From: Acutalibacteraceae bacterium
GTDB taxonomy: Bacteria; Bacillota; Clostridia; Oscillospirales; Acutalibacteraceae
Assembly: GCA_045591945.1 (NCBI GenBank)
Contig: JAZNTU010000046.1
Coordinates: 9,826 to 73,825, forward strand
Reading direction: 5' to 3'
Length of the DNA stretch: 64,000 nt
Both the position numbers and the translations under genes were made by a program. The notes under the pieces are model-generated. The model had not been told where the DNA came from, searched no databases, and was given only the letters and a program-made list of their open reading frames with translations. Positions within the stretch are counted from its first letter, which is position 1. Every line of letters begins with the position of its first letter. Shown here one piece after another: positions 37,501 to 47,086 of this stretch.

Positions 37501-38202
37501 TTACCATTCAAACTCAGGTCTGCCGTTATCCACATACTGTGACGCCTTTAAAAGGAACTGTCGCATAGGCTCCATTTTACGTACATAAAATATCAGTACG
37601 TCTGAAAGCTCCTCAAAGGTTGTTATATCCTTATCGGGTATATGCACAATAAGTGTCCAGTTTTTAAATTTTATATACTCTGCAGCAGGGTCATCTGCTG
37701 AAAAGCCTCGTGGCATAGATTTCAGCCTTTCACCGTCTACAGATATTCCACCCTTTTTAAGTGCCTTTTGAAACTCCTCATAATGCAAAGAGATATACTT
37801 TCGCACGTTGTTCATTTGGGCAGTATTTTCACACCAAAGGCCTGTACCGAAGCAGCTTCCGTTTGGGAATAATCTTAAATAGTAGCCAATAGGCTGCCAG
37901 GATTTTTTATTTGCACAAATATATGCTCTAAAGGCAGGGTTATACGGTGGGCCATTTTTGTGAAAGCGCATATCACGAGCTATTCTGTACATCCACTCCC
38001 TTGGCTCCATATACATTATTGCCTTGCCTACATCGGGTGCTTCTTTACTAAGCTTAAAACGAAACATATCAAGAAATGCAATAAAATCTTTTCGCACAGC
38101 ATCGTATTCGTCGTGATTTTCGTGAAACCAGGTACGGTTATTGTTAAGCGAAAGTGCCCTGATATAATCCATTAATCTATATAATTCTGCTTTATTACTC
38201 AT
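37501..38202 (-). CDS. DUF2461 (TIGR02453-like) family protein
   Basis: 233 aa. The N-terminal sequence LMDYIRALSLNNNRTWFHENHDEYDAV is typical of the family. Confidence 0.75.
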   Translation of the reverse strand: MSNKAELYRLMDYIRALSLNNNRTWFHENHDEYDAVRKDFIAFLDMFRFKLSKEAPDVGKAIMYMEPREWMYRIARDMRFHKNGPPYNPAFRAYICANKKSWQPIGYYLRLFPNGSCFGTGLWCENTAQMNNVRKYISLHYEEFQKALKKGGISVDGERLKSMPRGFSADDPAAEYIKFKNWTLIVHIPDKDITTFEELSDVLIFYVRKMEPMRQFLLKASQYVDNGRPEFEW

Positions 38203-38276
38203 TTATTTTAACCTTCTAAGCATTCAAAATTTACATATTTATAATACCACAAAATGGGTTAAAATTCAATATTGTA

Positions 38277-38306
38277 TTGACAACGAGTTATTGCATAAAG
38301 TAAAAT
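38277..38306 (+). promoter_or_regulatory. promoter candidate for DUF1015-nfo
   Basis: TTGACA (38277-38282), an 18-nt spacer, then TAAAAT (38301-38306). Confidence 0.45.
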
Positions 38307-38343
38307 TAAGAAGTAAAAATAATTAAGCTTTCGGAGGTTTAAT

Positions 38344-39591
38344 ATGGCTGTTTTTAAACCCTTTAAGGCATTGCGCCCTGCTAAAGAATTTGCTTCAAGA
38401 GTAGCTGCCTTGCCGTACGACGTTATGAATAGTGAAGAGGCAAGAGAAATGGTTAAAGGTAACCCTTACTCCTTCCTTCATATAGATAAGGCTGAAATTG
38501 ATTTGCCCGAAGGCACATACCTTTACAGCGACGAGGTTTACGCTAAAGCAAAGCAAAATCTCGATAATGCTGAAGCTGATGGCGTTATGGTTTCTGATAA
38601 TGCTCCGTACTTTTATGTTTACCGACAAATTATGAACGGCAGAGAGCAAACAGGTCTTGTTGGCTGTGCCTGGGTAGATGATTACATCGAAAACAGAATT
38701 AAAAAGCACGAGCTTACAAGGGCAGATAAAGAGGCTGACCGTATTCGCCACGTAGACATCTGTAACGCTAACACAGGACCTATTTTTCTCTGCTACAAGG
38801 CTGTTGCTGAAATAACAGAAATCATTAACGGCTACAAGGCACAGGAGCCTGAATACGATTTTGTTACAGAGGATGGCATTGCAAACACGGTTTGGGTTAT
38901 TCGTGAAGCTGAGGCTTGTAAAAAGCTTTCCGACTTACTTGCCAACGCAGGCGATTTTTATATTGCCGACGGTCACCACCGTTGCGCTTCTGCAGTAAAC
39001 GTTGCTAAAATGAGGCGTGAGGCTAACCCCGATTATACAGGTGATGAGGAATTCAACTTTTTCCTTGCTGTGCTTTTCCCTGCAAATGAGCTTGAAATAA
39101 TGGACTACAACAGAGTAGTTAAGGACCTTAACGGCAACTCACAAGAGGAATTTATACAAAAGGTAGCAGAATGCTTTGAGATAGAAAAAGCACCTTGCGA
39201 GGGTGCATACCATCCCGAAAGCAAGCACACCTTTGGTATGCTTTTAGGCAACACCTGGTATAAGCTCACTGCAAAGGGTGGCACCTTTGACGAGGCTAAC
39301 CCTGTGGACCAGCTGGATGTTTCTATTTTACAGAAAAATCTTTTAACACCTATTTTAGGTATTGGGGACCCTCGTACAGATAAGCGAATTGATTTTATTG
39401 GTGGTATTCGTGGTCTCGGCGAGTTAGAAGGGCTTGTAAACAACGGCGCTGCAGTTGCATTTTCAATGTACCCTACTACACTTGAGGACCTTATGTCTAT
39501 TGCAGATGCAAATATGATTATGCCACCTAAATCAACCTGGTTTGAGCCAAAGCTTTTAAGTGGACTTTTCATACACAAATTAGGAGAATAA
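38344..39591 (+). CDS. DUF1015 domain-containing protein
   Basis: 415 aa. [28 protein letters not shown], followed by the YIADGHHR motif. A GGAGG RBS precedes it. Confidence 0.85.
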   Translation: MAVFKPFKALRPAKEFASRVAALPYDVMNSEEAREMVKGNPYSFLHIDKAEIDLPEGTYLYSDEVYAKAKQNLDNAEADGVMVSDNAPYFYVYRQIMNGREQTGLVGCAWVDDYIENRIKKHELTRADKEADRIRHVDICNANTGPIFLCYKAVAEITEIINGYKAQEPEYDFVTEDGIANTVWVIREAEACKKLSDLLANAGDFYIADGHHRCASAVNVAKMRREANPDYTGDEEFNFFLAVLFPANELEIMDYNRVVKDLNGNSQEEFIQKVAECFEIEKAPCEGAYHPESKHTFGMLLGNTWYKLTAKGGTFDEANPVDQLDVSILQKNLLTPILGIGDPRTDKRIDFIGGIRGLGELEGLVNNGAAVAFSMYPTTLEDLMSIADANMIMPPKSTWFEPKLLSGLFIHKLGE

Positions 39592-39592
39592 T

Positions 39593-40426
39593 ATGTTTAA
39601 AATAGGATGTCATTTATCAAGCTCAGGTGGTTACCTTGCAATGGGCAAGGAGGCTGTTAGAATCGGAGCAAACACCTTTCAGTTTTTCACTCGCAATCCT
39701 CGTGGAGGACAGGCAAAGCCTTTAGACGTTGAGGATATGCGAGCCTTTGAGGAATACAGAAAGCAAAACGGAATAACGAGCGTGCTTGCACACGCACCGT
39801 ACACAATGAACGCCTGCGCAAAGGACGAGGGTCTAAGAGAGTTTGCAAAAAATACAATGGCAGATGACATAATGCGACTTGACCACCTTGAGGGTGCATT
39901 GTACAACTTCCACCCGGGCAGCCACGTACAGCAAGGTGCTGAGGTAGGCATACAGCTTATTGCAGATATGCTTAACGTTGTACTCCCTACAAGCAAGGGC
40001 ACAACCGTGCTTCTTGAAACAATGTCAGGCAAGGGCAGCGAGGTTGGCAGAAGCTTTGAGGAAATTCGTGCTATTATTGATAAGGTAGCGCCAAACGATA
40101 AATTAGGCGTTTGCCTTGACACCTGCCACATATACGATGCAGGCTATGACATTGTTAATGACCTTGACGGTGTTCTTGCAGAATTTGACAGAATTATAGG
40201 TCTTGATAGACTCAAGGCAATTCACCTTAATGATTCAAAAAATCCTTTTGCATCACACAAGGACAGGCACGAGGTTATTGGAGGTGGTAGCTTAGGGCTT
40301 CAGGCAACCGAAAGAATAATTAACCATCCCCTTTTACGTGATTTACCGTTTTTCCTTGAAACGCCCAATGATATAGATGGCTACCAAAAGGAAATTGAGC
40401 TGTTAAAGAGCTTGTATAAGGATTAA
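39593..40426 (+). CDS. nfo: deoxyribonuclease IV (endonuclease IV)
   Basis: 277 aa. [37 protein letters not shown], and HLNDS. Confidence 0.93.
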   Translation: MFKIGCHLSSSGGYLAMGKEAVRIGANTFQFFTRNPRGGQAKPLDVEDMRAFEEYRKQNGITSVLAHAPYTMNACAKDEGLREFAKNTMADDIMRLDHLEGALYNFHPGSHVQQGAEVGIQLIADMLNVVLPTSKGTTVLLETMSGKGSEVGRSFEEIRAIIDKVAPNDKLGVCLDTCHIYDAGYDIVNDLDGVLAEFDRIIGLDRLKAIHLNDSKNPFASHKDRHEVIGGGSLGLQATERIINHPLLRDLPFFLETPNDIDGYQKEIELLKSLYKD

Positions 40427-40447
40427 TTTTAAAGATTTAAAAATGTA

Positions 40448-40488
40448 AAGCTTAGGAAACGTTTTTAACACTTCCTAAGCTTTTTTCT
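40448..40488 (+). terminator. intrinsic terminator after nfo
   Basis: AAGCTTAGGAA (40448-40458) / TTCCTAAGCTT (40472-40482), followed by TTTTT. Confidence 0.7.
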
Positions 40489-40492
40489 ACAC

Positions 40493-40521
40493 TTGAATTA
40501 TTTCGTACTATGTGATATCAT
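40493..40521 (+). promoter_or_regulatory. promoter candidate of the TetR gene with an 8-bp palindrome over the -10
   Basis: TTGAAT (40493-40498), a 17-nt spacer, then TGATATCAT. The TATCAT hexamer is at 40516-40521, and the palindrome TGATATCA is at 40513-40520. Confidence 0.45.
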
Positions 40522-40563
40522 AATGTAAGATATTATACAAAAATATGAATGGATGTGGAATAA

Positions 40564-41175
40564 TTGCCATACGAAAAGAAAAGAGCGCTCAATAACTCCG
40601 ACCGACGAGTTAAGCGCACCAAAAAAGCTTTACGTGATGCTTTACTTACACTTTTAGAAAAAAAGCCTATAAACGAAATATCTGTTACCGAGCTTACAAA
40701 TTTAGCAGACGTTAACAGAGCTACGTTTTATTTTTACTATACAGATATACTCGATATGCTTCAACAGCTGCAAAACGAATCATACCAGGCCTTCAAAGAG
40801 ATTGTTGATGAATCTGATGCATCTATTACTACAATGGATGGCTTTATTGCTTATGCCGAGCGCATACTTATATACTGCCGTGACAACGAAAACCTTGTAA
40901 AATTCACAATTAAGAACGATACAAACAATTTAGTTTTCAAAAAGATACAAATGCTTATGCTTCACAATCTGCCTAACTCAAAGGATGTGTTTGATACAGA
41001 AAATCCTGCAAGGTACGTTACCACCTACACCTTAGATGCCATTGTTGGCGTTGTTATTGATTGGATGGATGAGGGTATGAAAATACCTCCTCGAGAGCTG
41101 GCAGAATTTTTTGCACGAAGCTATTTTGACGGCGTTTACAAAACAAAACAAATTTACGGACACGCAGCAAAATAA
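40564..41175 (+). CDS. TetR/AcrR-family transcriptional regulator
   Basis: 203 aa with the HTH region RTKKALRDALLTLLEKKPINEISVTELTNLADVNRATFYFYY. Only a TTG start is available upstream of the HTH. Confidence 0.8.
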   Translation: MPYEKKRALNNSDRRVKRTKKALRDALLTLLEKKPINEISVTELTNLADVNRATFYFYYTDILDMLQQLQNESYQAFKEIVDESDASITTMDGFIAYAERILIYCRDNENLVKFTIKNDTNNLVFKKIQMLMLHNLPNSKDVFDTENPARYVTTYTLDAIVGVVIDWMDEGMKIPPRELAEFFARSYFDGVYKTKQIYGHAAK

Positions 41176-41194
41176 TATAATAAATCACATAGCA

Positions 41195-41228
41195 AAACGC
41201 TCCAAGATTTCTCTTGGAGCGTTTAGTT
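41195..41228. terminator. bidirectional terminator between the TetR gene and the ABC permease
   Basis: AAACGCTCCAAGA (41195-41207) / TCTTGGAGCGTTT (41212-41224). Confidence 0.7.
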
Positions 41229-41237
41229 TTATATTGT

Positions 41238-44200
41238 TTATTCTACAGATTTAAGTGATTCAACCATACTAATTTTCTTAAGCTTAAAGTGCATAAGAAG
41301 GTTAACTACTACTGCAAAGAAAGCAGTGGCAATCGCAGAAATCACAAAGCTTATAGGCTCCAAATCTGTTTTGAAGGTAAGCGTATCAATGTCAACGATA
41401 CCGACAATGGCAATATTAAGAGGTATACCTAAAACAAGGCCAAATACAATACCGATTAACGTAAGAATAACATTTTCACGGTAGATGTATGCAGAAACCT
41501 CACCATTATAGAAGCCAAGCACCTTAAGTGTAGCAAGCTCACGCACACGCTCGTTAACGTTAATATTGTTAAGGTTATAAAGTACAACCAAGGCAAGTGC
41601 CATAGCTGCAACAATAAACAGCATAATAACCATATTAAGCGTATTAACGATGTTTGCAAAGTTATCTATAACAACTGTTGTATAAACAGAGCCGTTTACA
41701 CCGTTTACATCGTTTATTTCTTTTTCAAGCGCTACCTTTTGGTCTTGGGTAATATCATCCTGCAGCTTACAGAACAGATAGTTGTACTCAAGCGTACCAC
41801 CTGTAATTTGCTGATAATAGGTTGGGGAAATATAAACGTAATGGAATGCATAGTTATCTACAATATCGACAACCTTAACCTGGTACTCAACAGTTTTTGA
41901 GCCTTCAGTCCAGGATACTGTCATTGTATCGCCTATTTCTGTATCTGTTTTACTTGCCAGCTTTTTGGTGATTATTGCGCCCTCCTCGGAGAACGGAATA
42001 ATATCATCACCCTTTCGCAGGTTAATAAAGTTCTTTAATACAGCAGGATTTTCCGGAATAAGAATATCTATTTCCATTTCCTTATCGGTTCTGTCGGAAT
42101 AGCCGTGGCAAACCTTAAGGTAGCCAAGCATTGAATCTGTTATTTGGTCGTTAGTTGTAATCTGCTTAACGATTTGGCTGTTTGCATAGTCGGCTTGGCC
42201 ATCCTTTAAAACAACCTGTAAGTCGTACTGTGCAATACCTGTACCTTTACCGTACTGGTTATCAATAACACCACTAATAGCATCACGAAGGCCACACGCT
42301 GCAACAAGGCAAGCTGTACAGCCTGCAATACCGATAATTGTAACAATAAACCTCTTTTTGTTTCTGAAAAGGTTTCTTACAGTAACCTTACCTGTAAAGC
42401 TAAGCCTTGACCAAATAAAGCTGACGTTTTCAAGGAATACCCGCTTACCTGCTTTAGGTGCCTTGGGTCGCATAAGCACTGCAGGCACGGCAGAAAGCTC
42501 TTTATTACAAGCAAAGTAGGTTGCAAAGCTTGTTGTACCAACTGAAAGAACAATACCTAAAATAAGGTACAACGGCAAAATTGCAATTTTAAGCTCAGGC
42601 ATTTCGTACATAATGCCCCAAGCGCTTGCAAGTATTTTTGGTACTGCAGTAAAGCCCAAGCTTACACCTAAAACAACACCGAAGGTGCTTGCAATACCTG
42701 CATAAAGAAGGTACTTGCCCGCTATCATTTTATCCGAATAGCCTAAGGCCTTAAGTGTACCTAACTGTGTACGTTCCTCCTCAACCATTCTTGTCATAGT
42801 TGTGAGGCAAACCATAGTAGAAACAACAAAGAACAACGTTGGGAAAATATACGCAAGGCGTATCATATTATCGGCAGCTTGACCGTAGCCTGTGTAGCCG
42901 GGATTATCGTGCCTTGTGTAAACAGACCAGCCAACACCCTCTTTAATATTCTCTATAAGACCTGCACCTTTATCGTAGGCAGTTTGAGCAACACCGATTT
43001 TAGAGTTAACAAGCTCCTCTTTTTCGGTAAAGGTTTTTTCTGCCTGCTCAATAATCGCCTTTATGTTTTGGTACTGTGTCATTTTAAGAGCAAGGGTTGC
43101 CTGTGCTGTCATATATTTTGTTTGTGCTTCTATGGAGCCGTACTGAAGCTCATCACCACTTGACTCAATTTTAGCTTTAAAATCTGCAAGCTGCTTTTCT
43201 GCAGAGTCGAGCTGTGCCTGCGCAGCATCCAACTGCGTTTTTGCTGCTGCAAGTTTTTGCTCTGCGGCAGTGCATTCGGCATCATTAACCTTATACTCGT
43301 TCATTCCTTCTGCATACTGCAGCTTTGCAACAGCAAGCTCTGAATTATACTGGTCAAGAAGCTGCTCAACCTCAACAATAGCATCAGCTGCCATACCCTG
43401 TGCAGTAAGGTTTGAAGCACCTCTTAAAATATCTGCAAGGTCAGGATTGGTTTGCTCAAGTCTATCTGCAATTTGGTCAAGGTGTAAATCATCCTGAGCA
43501 ACGTCTTGATTTTCTTTAAGATTTTTAAGTGTGCTTTCAGTTGTAGTAACTAAGGTTTCTGTGTACTTAATTTCTTTTTCGGCAACGGTAAGCTGCAGCT
43601 TTGCTTCGTTAAGCTTTTCTCTTGCAGCATCGGCAGCCATTTTTTGAGTATTATACTCTGTCTGCTTATTAGCAAGGGCTACCTGACTTTGTGAAAACTG
43701 TGTGATTTTAGCATTATATTCATTAACGGCTGCAACGTATTGGTTACTGCCTGCCTGAAGCTGACCTTGAACCTTGGCATATTCCTCATCCATTGTCTTT
43801 TGTGCTTCTTCAAGCTGTTTTGCACCTGTCTTTTCAAGCTCATAAAGCTCTTCAAGCTGTGCTCTGCCGTCTTCAAGTGCGCCACCAACAGTATCTACCG
43901 CAATATCGATTTTTTGCTTTGCATCAGCCACCTTTTGAGGAAGGCCTACAATAAGTCGATTACGGCTTTCTGCTGAAAGCTTTTCTGCCTCAACCTCAAG
44001 CTTTTTTTTCATTGACTCAACATACTCATCGTATTCTTTTGTGTATGCCTCGTATTTATCTGCATCATCAAGGGTAACGTAAGCCTCGCTGTAGTAGGTT
44101 ATATTCTCTGTAAATGCGTCGTTATTAACGTAAATAAAATCGCCAAGCTTACCACTACCTGCTGTAGTAACACCACGCTCATAGGATACCCAATAAGGTG

Positions 44201-44822
44201 TTTCAATAACACCTACAATTGTAAGAATATTGTGCTTGAGATAGTAGCCAATATCCTCACCGTCACCACGCACCTTAAGGGTGTTACCGATAACAAATTC
44301 GGGTGGAGTTGTAAGCCCACTACAGGTAACAACACACTCATTTGGTGATTCAGGAAATCTACCCTCAAGAAGCTTAAGTCGGTTTATGTAATCGGGGTTA
44401 TCAACGTAATCTGCCACAGCGTTACGGTTGTGAAAGTTAATGGCATCCATAAGGTTAAGTCCGTAAACTCTAACCGTCATTTCTGAGCCGTCAATATCAA
44501 CGATACCCTCATACTCCCCTTTATCGTTAGGGGTTTGAACGTATCCGTCAACAAACTTAATGCCTTGAACGGATTTAACGCCTTCTATCTGGCGCACCTT
44601 TTCAAGCTCTTCATCGTACAGGCCTATATAGGATTGCAGACGAAGGTCCATAAGATTATATTCTGTATAATACTCATTTGCAGTGTTTGCCATATCGGGA
44701 CCGATGGCATTAAGACCACAAAACAAACCGCTTCCCATTGCAACAATTGCAATGATTGATACAAATCTACTGAAAGAACGCTGTATAGAACGGAAGCTGT
44801 CTGTAATATATGACTTTGTCAT
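41238..44822 (-). CDS. ABC transporter permease, double FtsX/MacB-type, with a long coiled-coil insertion in the first extracytoplasmic domain
   Basis: 1194 aa. There are two FtsX-like 4-TM modules, the second ending NERVRELATLKVLGF.... Residues of about 255-625 are heptad-like and rich in A, E, K and Q. Confidence 0.9.
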   Translation of the reverse strand: MTKSYITDSFRSIQRSFSRFVSIIAIVAMGSGLFCGLNAIGPDMANTANEYYTEYNLMDLRLQSYIGLYDEELEKVRQIEGVKSVQGIKFVDGYVQTPNDKGEYEGIVDIDGSEMTVRVYGLNLMDAINFHNRNAVADYVDNPDYINRLKLLEGRFPESPNECVVTCSGLTTPPEFVIGNTLKVRGDGEDIGYYLKHNILTIVGVIETPYWVSYERGVTTAGSGKLGDFIYVNNDAFTENITYYSEAYVTLDDADKYEAYTKEYDEYVESMKKKLEVEAEKLSAESRNRLIVGLPQKVADAKQKIDIAVDTVGGALEDGRAQLEELYELEKTGAKQLEEAQKTMDEEYAKVQGQLQAGSNQYVAAVNEYNAKITQFSQSQVALANKQTEYNTQKMAADAAREKLNEAKLQLTVAEKEIKYTETLVTTTESTLKNLKENQDVAQDDLHLDQIADRLEQTNPDLADILRGASNLTAQGMAADAIVEVEQLLDQYNSELAVAKLQYAEGMNEYKVNDAECTAAEQKLAAAKTQLDAAQAQLDSAEKQLADFKAKIESSGDELQYGSIEAQTKYMTAQATLALKMTQYQNIKAIIEQAEKTFTEKEELVNSKIGVAQTAYDKGAGLIENIKEGVGWSVYTRHDNPGYTGYGQAADNMIRLAYIFPTLFFVVSTMVCLTTMTRMVEEERTQLGTLKALGYSDKMIAGKYLLYAGIASTFGVVLGVSLGFTAVPKILASAWGIMYEMPELKIAILPLYLILGIVLSVGTTSFATYFACNKELSAVPAVLMRPKAPKAGKRVFLENVSFIWSRLSFTGKVTVRNLFRNKKRFIVTIIGIAGCTACLVAACGLRDAISGVIDNQYGKGTGIAQYDLQVVLKDGQADYANSQIVKQITTNDQITDSMLGYLKVCHGYSDRTDKEMEIDILIPENPAVLKNFINLRKGDDIIPFSEEGAIITKKLASKTDTEIGDTMTVSWTEGSKTVEYQVKVVDIVDNYAFHYVYISPTYYQQITGGTLEYNYLFCKLQDDITQDQKVALEKEINDVNGVNGSVYTTVVIDNFANIVNTLNMVIMLFIVAAMALALVVLYNLNNINVNERVRELATLKVLGFYNGEVSAYIYRENVILTLIGIVFGLVLGIPLNIAIVGIVDIDTLTFKTDLEPISFVISAIATAFFAVVVNLLMHFKLKKISMVESLKSVE

Positions 44823-44843
44823 TCTACATATTTCCTTTCAAAC

Positions 44844-45545
44844 TTACCATTCTATATCTTCAACTGAAACAGGGTTGTCGTTGGTTGTTATATCAACAAC
44901 ACGGCCACTCTTCATTGAAATAACTCTGTCTGCCATTGGTGTGAGAGCCTGATTATGGGTAATAACTATAACTGTCATACCTGTTTCACGGCTTGTATCC
45001 TGCAAGAGCTTAAGAATTTGTTTACCTGTGTTGTAGTCGAGAGCGCCTGTAGGCTCATCGCACAAAAGGAGCTTTGGGTTTTTAGCAAGGGCACGTGCAA
45101 TGGATACACGCTGCTGCTCACCACCTGAAAGCTGTGCAGGGAAGTTATTAAGACGTTCACCTAAGCCTACCCTTTCAAGCACCTTTGCAGGGCTGAGTGC
45201 CTTTGTACCAATCTGTGTAGCAAGCTCGACATTCTCTAACGCTGTAAGGTTAGGCACAAGGTTATAAAACTGGAAAACGAAGCCTACGTCAAAGCGTCTG
45301 TATTCAATAAGGCGCTTGCTGTCGTACTCGTTAACAAGGTCGCCTGCAACACGCACCTTACCGTCATCGCAATCATCCATACCACCTAAGATATTAAGAA
45401 CGGTGGTTTTACCGGCACCACTGGCACCTACAATAATGCAAAACTCACCTTGCTCTACGTTGAAGGTTACGCCGTCTGCCGCATTGATAACGACCTCGCC
45501 CATTTTGTATCTTTTGTAAACGGAATCAAATTCAATAAAGCTCAT
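44844..45545 (-). CDS. ABC transporter ATP-binding protein (MacB/LolD/FtsE-like)
   Basis: ORF 44844..45605. The ATG at 45545 is preceded by GAAAGG. It has Walker [10 protein letters not shown], signature LSGGEQQRV and Walker B LLLCDEPT. Confidence 0.93.
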   Translation of the reverse strand: MSFIEFDSVYKRYKMGEVVINAADGVTFNVEQGEFCIIVGASGAGKTTVLNILGGMDDCDDGKVRVAGDLVNEYDSKRLIEYRRFDVGFVFQFYNLVPNLTALENVELATQIGTKALSPAKVLERVGLGERLNNFPAQLSGGEQQRVSIARALAKNPKLLLCDEPTGALDYNTGKQILKLLQDTSRETGMTVIVITHNQALTPMADRVISMKSGRVVDITTNDNPVSVEDIEW

Positions 45546-45616
45546 TTGTTTCAGCCTTTCAAACAATAAAATTTTTTGGCGAAAGCTTAAAGCTTGCCAT
45601 TTCACAATTAACTTAT

Positions 45617-45645
45617 ATTTTACAATAAAATTATACTTAAGTCAA
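45617..45645 (-). promoter_or_regulatory. promoter of the ABC transporter operon
   Basis: On the minus strand: TTGACT (45640-45645), a 17-nt spacer, then TAAAAT (45617-45622). Confidence 0.55.
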
Positions 45646-45697
45646 TATAATAATGGATTAACAGAAATGAAATAAATTGTTAACATTGTGTTATTCC

Positions 45698-47086
45698 TTA
45701 TGAAAGAGATTTGTATATCTCCTTCATAACCTTACTTGCAACGGGCACAGCCTCCGAGGAACCCCAGCCACCGTTTTCTACCACAACCAAAATCGCTACA
45801 GGGCATTGGTCGTTTTGTGCAAAGCCTACAAACCAGGAGTGTGGCTTTTTGCCATCACCAACCTCTGCAGTACCTGTTTTACCACACATTGAAAGCCCTT
45901 TAAAATTGTCATCTCCGTATTTATTTTCTACAGCACCTCGCATAAGCTGAGCCACCTCCTGCGAAAGTGAAGGGTCAATAAGCTCTTTACTCTGTGCAAC
46001 GGCGCTTTCTATTACCCTGCCCTTAGGTGTTGATACCTTTGAAACAGCGTACGGAAAAACTGCTTTACCACCGTTTGCAACAGCACCAACTACACTAAGC
46101 ATATGATACGGGTTAACAAGGGTATCATACTGCCCCACGCTTGCCCAGGCAACATCACCTTGTGACGCAGAGGATAAATCAATAAGACTTTCTTTAGTTT
46201 GTTTATTGCCAAAGGAGTAGCTTTCACCGAAGCCTAATTGAGTTGCAGTTGCCTGTATTTTTTCTGCACCCAGCTTTTGTGATAAGACGGCAAAGGCGCA
46301 GTTACAGGAATTTGTAAAGCACTCCGAAAAGTTCATTTTTCCGTGCTTGTTGGGGCAAGTAACCTTGTCTGTATCTATAGTGATTTCGCCTGTGCATTCG
46401 TATTCAAAGGAGTCTATATCGGGTATATTTTGAATAGCACACATAGCCGTGATTATCTTGAAGGTTGAGCCCGGAGTATAAAGACCGTCTATGAGCCTGT
46501 TCATATAAATACCCTCATATTTACCGTCTTTGTTCTCGTTTATTACATCCTCCGAGGGCTTGTTTTCTATATCGTAATTAGGAGCTGATACAGAGCATAT
46601 TATTTCGCCTGTTTGGTAGTTGTAGGCAGCCACAACTCCATTTCTGCCCTTAAGGGCATCGTATGCAACGGCGCAAACCTTACTGTCTATAGTGAGGGTA
46701 ACATCATTCCCTCTGCCATATTTTTTTAGAGTATGCACACCTGTAACAGGACTGTAGCCTGCAAGCTGACTTTTATATGCCGTTTGCACACCCGATGCTA
46801 TATAGCCCTCGGTATCACCTACAATATGAAGGGTTGAACGCCTTATTCTTTCAGAAGCATTATACTTACGCTGTTCATTTTCGGTACAGGCTAAAACCTC
46901 GCCGTTTTTATCTGTTACAGCACCTGCGCCTACAAAGCTGCCGTTTTCCGTAAGGTGCTCATTGGCCCTTAGCATTGCCCATTTTTCACCGTTAACTGCA
47001 AAACGATAACCGAGTATGCCCAAGCCCGATAAAACAATGGCTACAAGAAGCAGCAAGGCAATTCCACGCTTAGCTGTTGTTTTCAC
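45698..47086 (-). CDS. class B penicillin-binding protein (PbpA-like D,D-transpeptidase)
   Basis: The ORF track starts at the GTG at 47095. The second GTG at 47086 lies 8 nt after AAGGAGG, giving the N-terminus MKTTAKRG plus a TM. The motifs STFK, SCN and KTGT are present. Confidence 0.9.
   Translation of the reverse strand: MKTTAKRGIALLLLVAIVLSGLGILGYRFAVNGEKWAMLRANEHLTENGSFVGAGAVTDKNGEVLACTENEQRKYNASERIRRSTLHIVGDTEGYIASGVQTAYKSQLAGYSPVTGVHTLKKYGRGNDVTLTIDSKVCAVAYDALKGRNGVVAAYNYQTGEIICSVSAPNYDIENKPSEDVINENKDGKYEGIYMNRLIDGLYTPGSTFKIITAMCAIQNIPDIDSFEYECTGEITIDTDKVTCPNKHGKMNFSECFTNSCNCAFAVLSQKLGAEKIQATATQLGFGESYSFGNKQTKESLIDLSSASQGDVAWASVGQYDTLVNPYHMLSVVGAVANGGKAVFPYAVSKVSTPKGRVIESAVAQSKELIDPSLSQEVAQLMRGAVENKYGDDNFKGLSMCGKTGTAEVGDGKKPHSWFVGFAQNDQCPVAILVVVENGGWGSSEAVPVASKVMKEIYKSLS

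Noticed and set aside
40547-40597. A small ATG-initiated ORF (MNGCGIIAIRKEKSAQ) overlapping the TetR start region.
   Set aside because: It is 16 codons long, has no RBS, and is out of frame with the TetR HTH, which requires the TTG-initiated frame. It is probably fortuitous.
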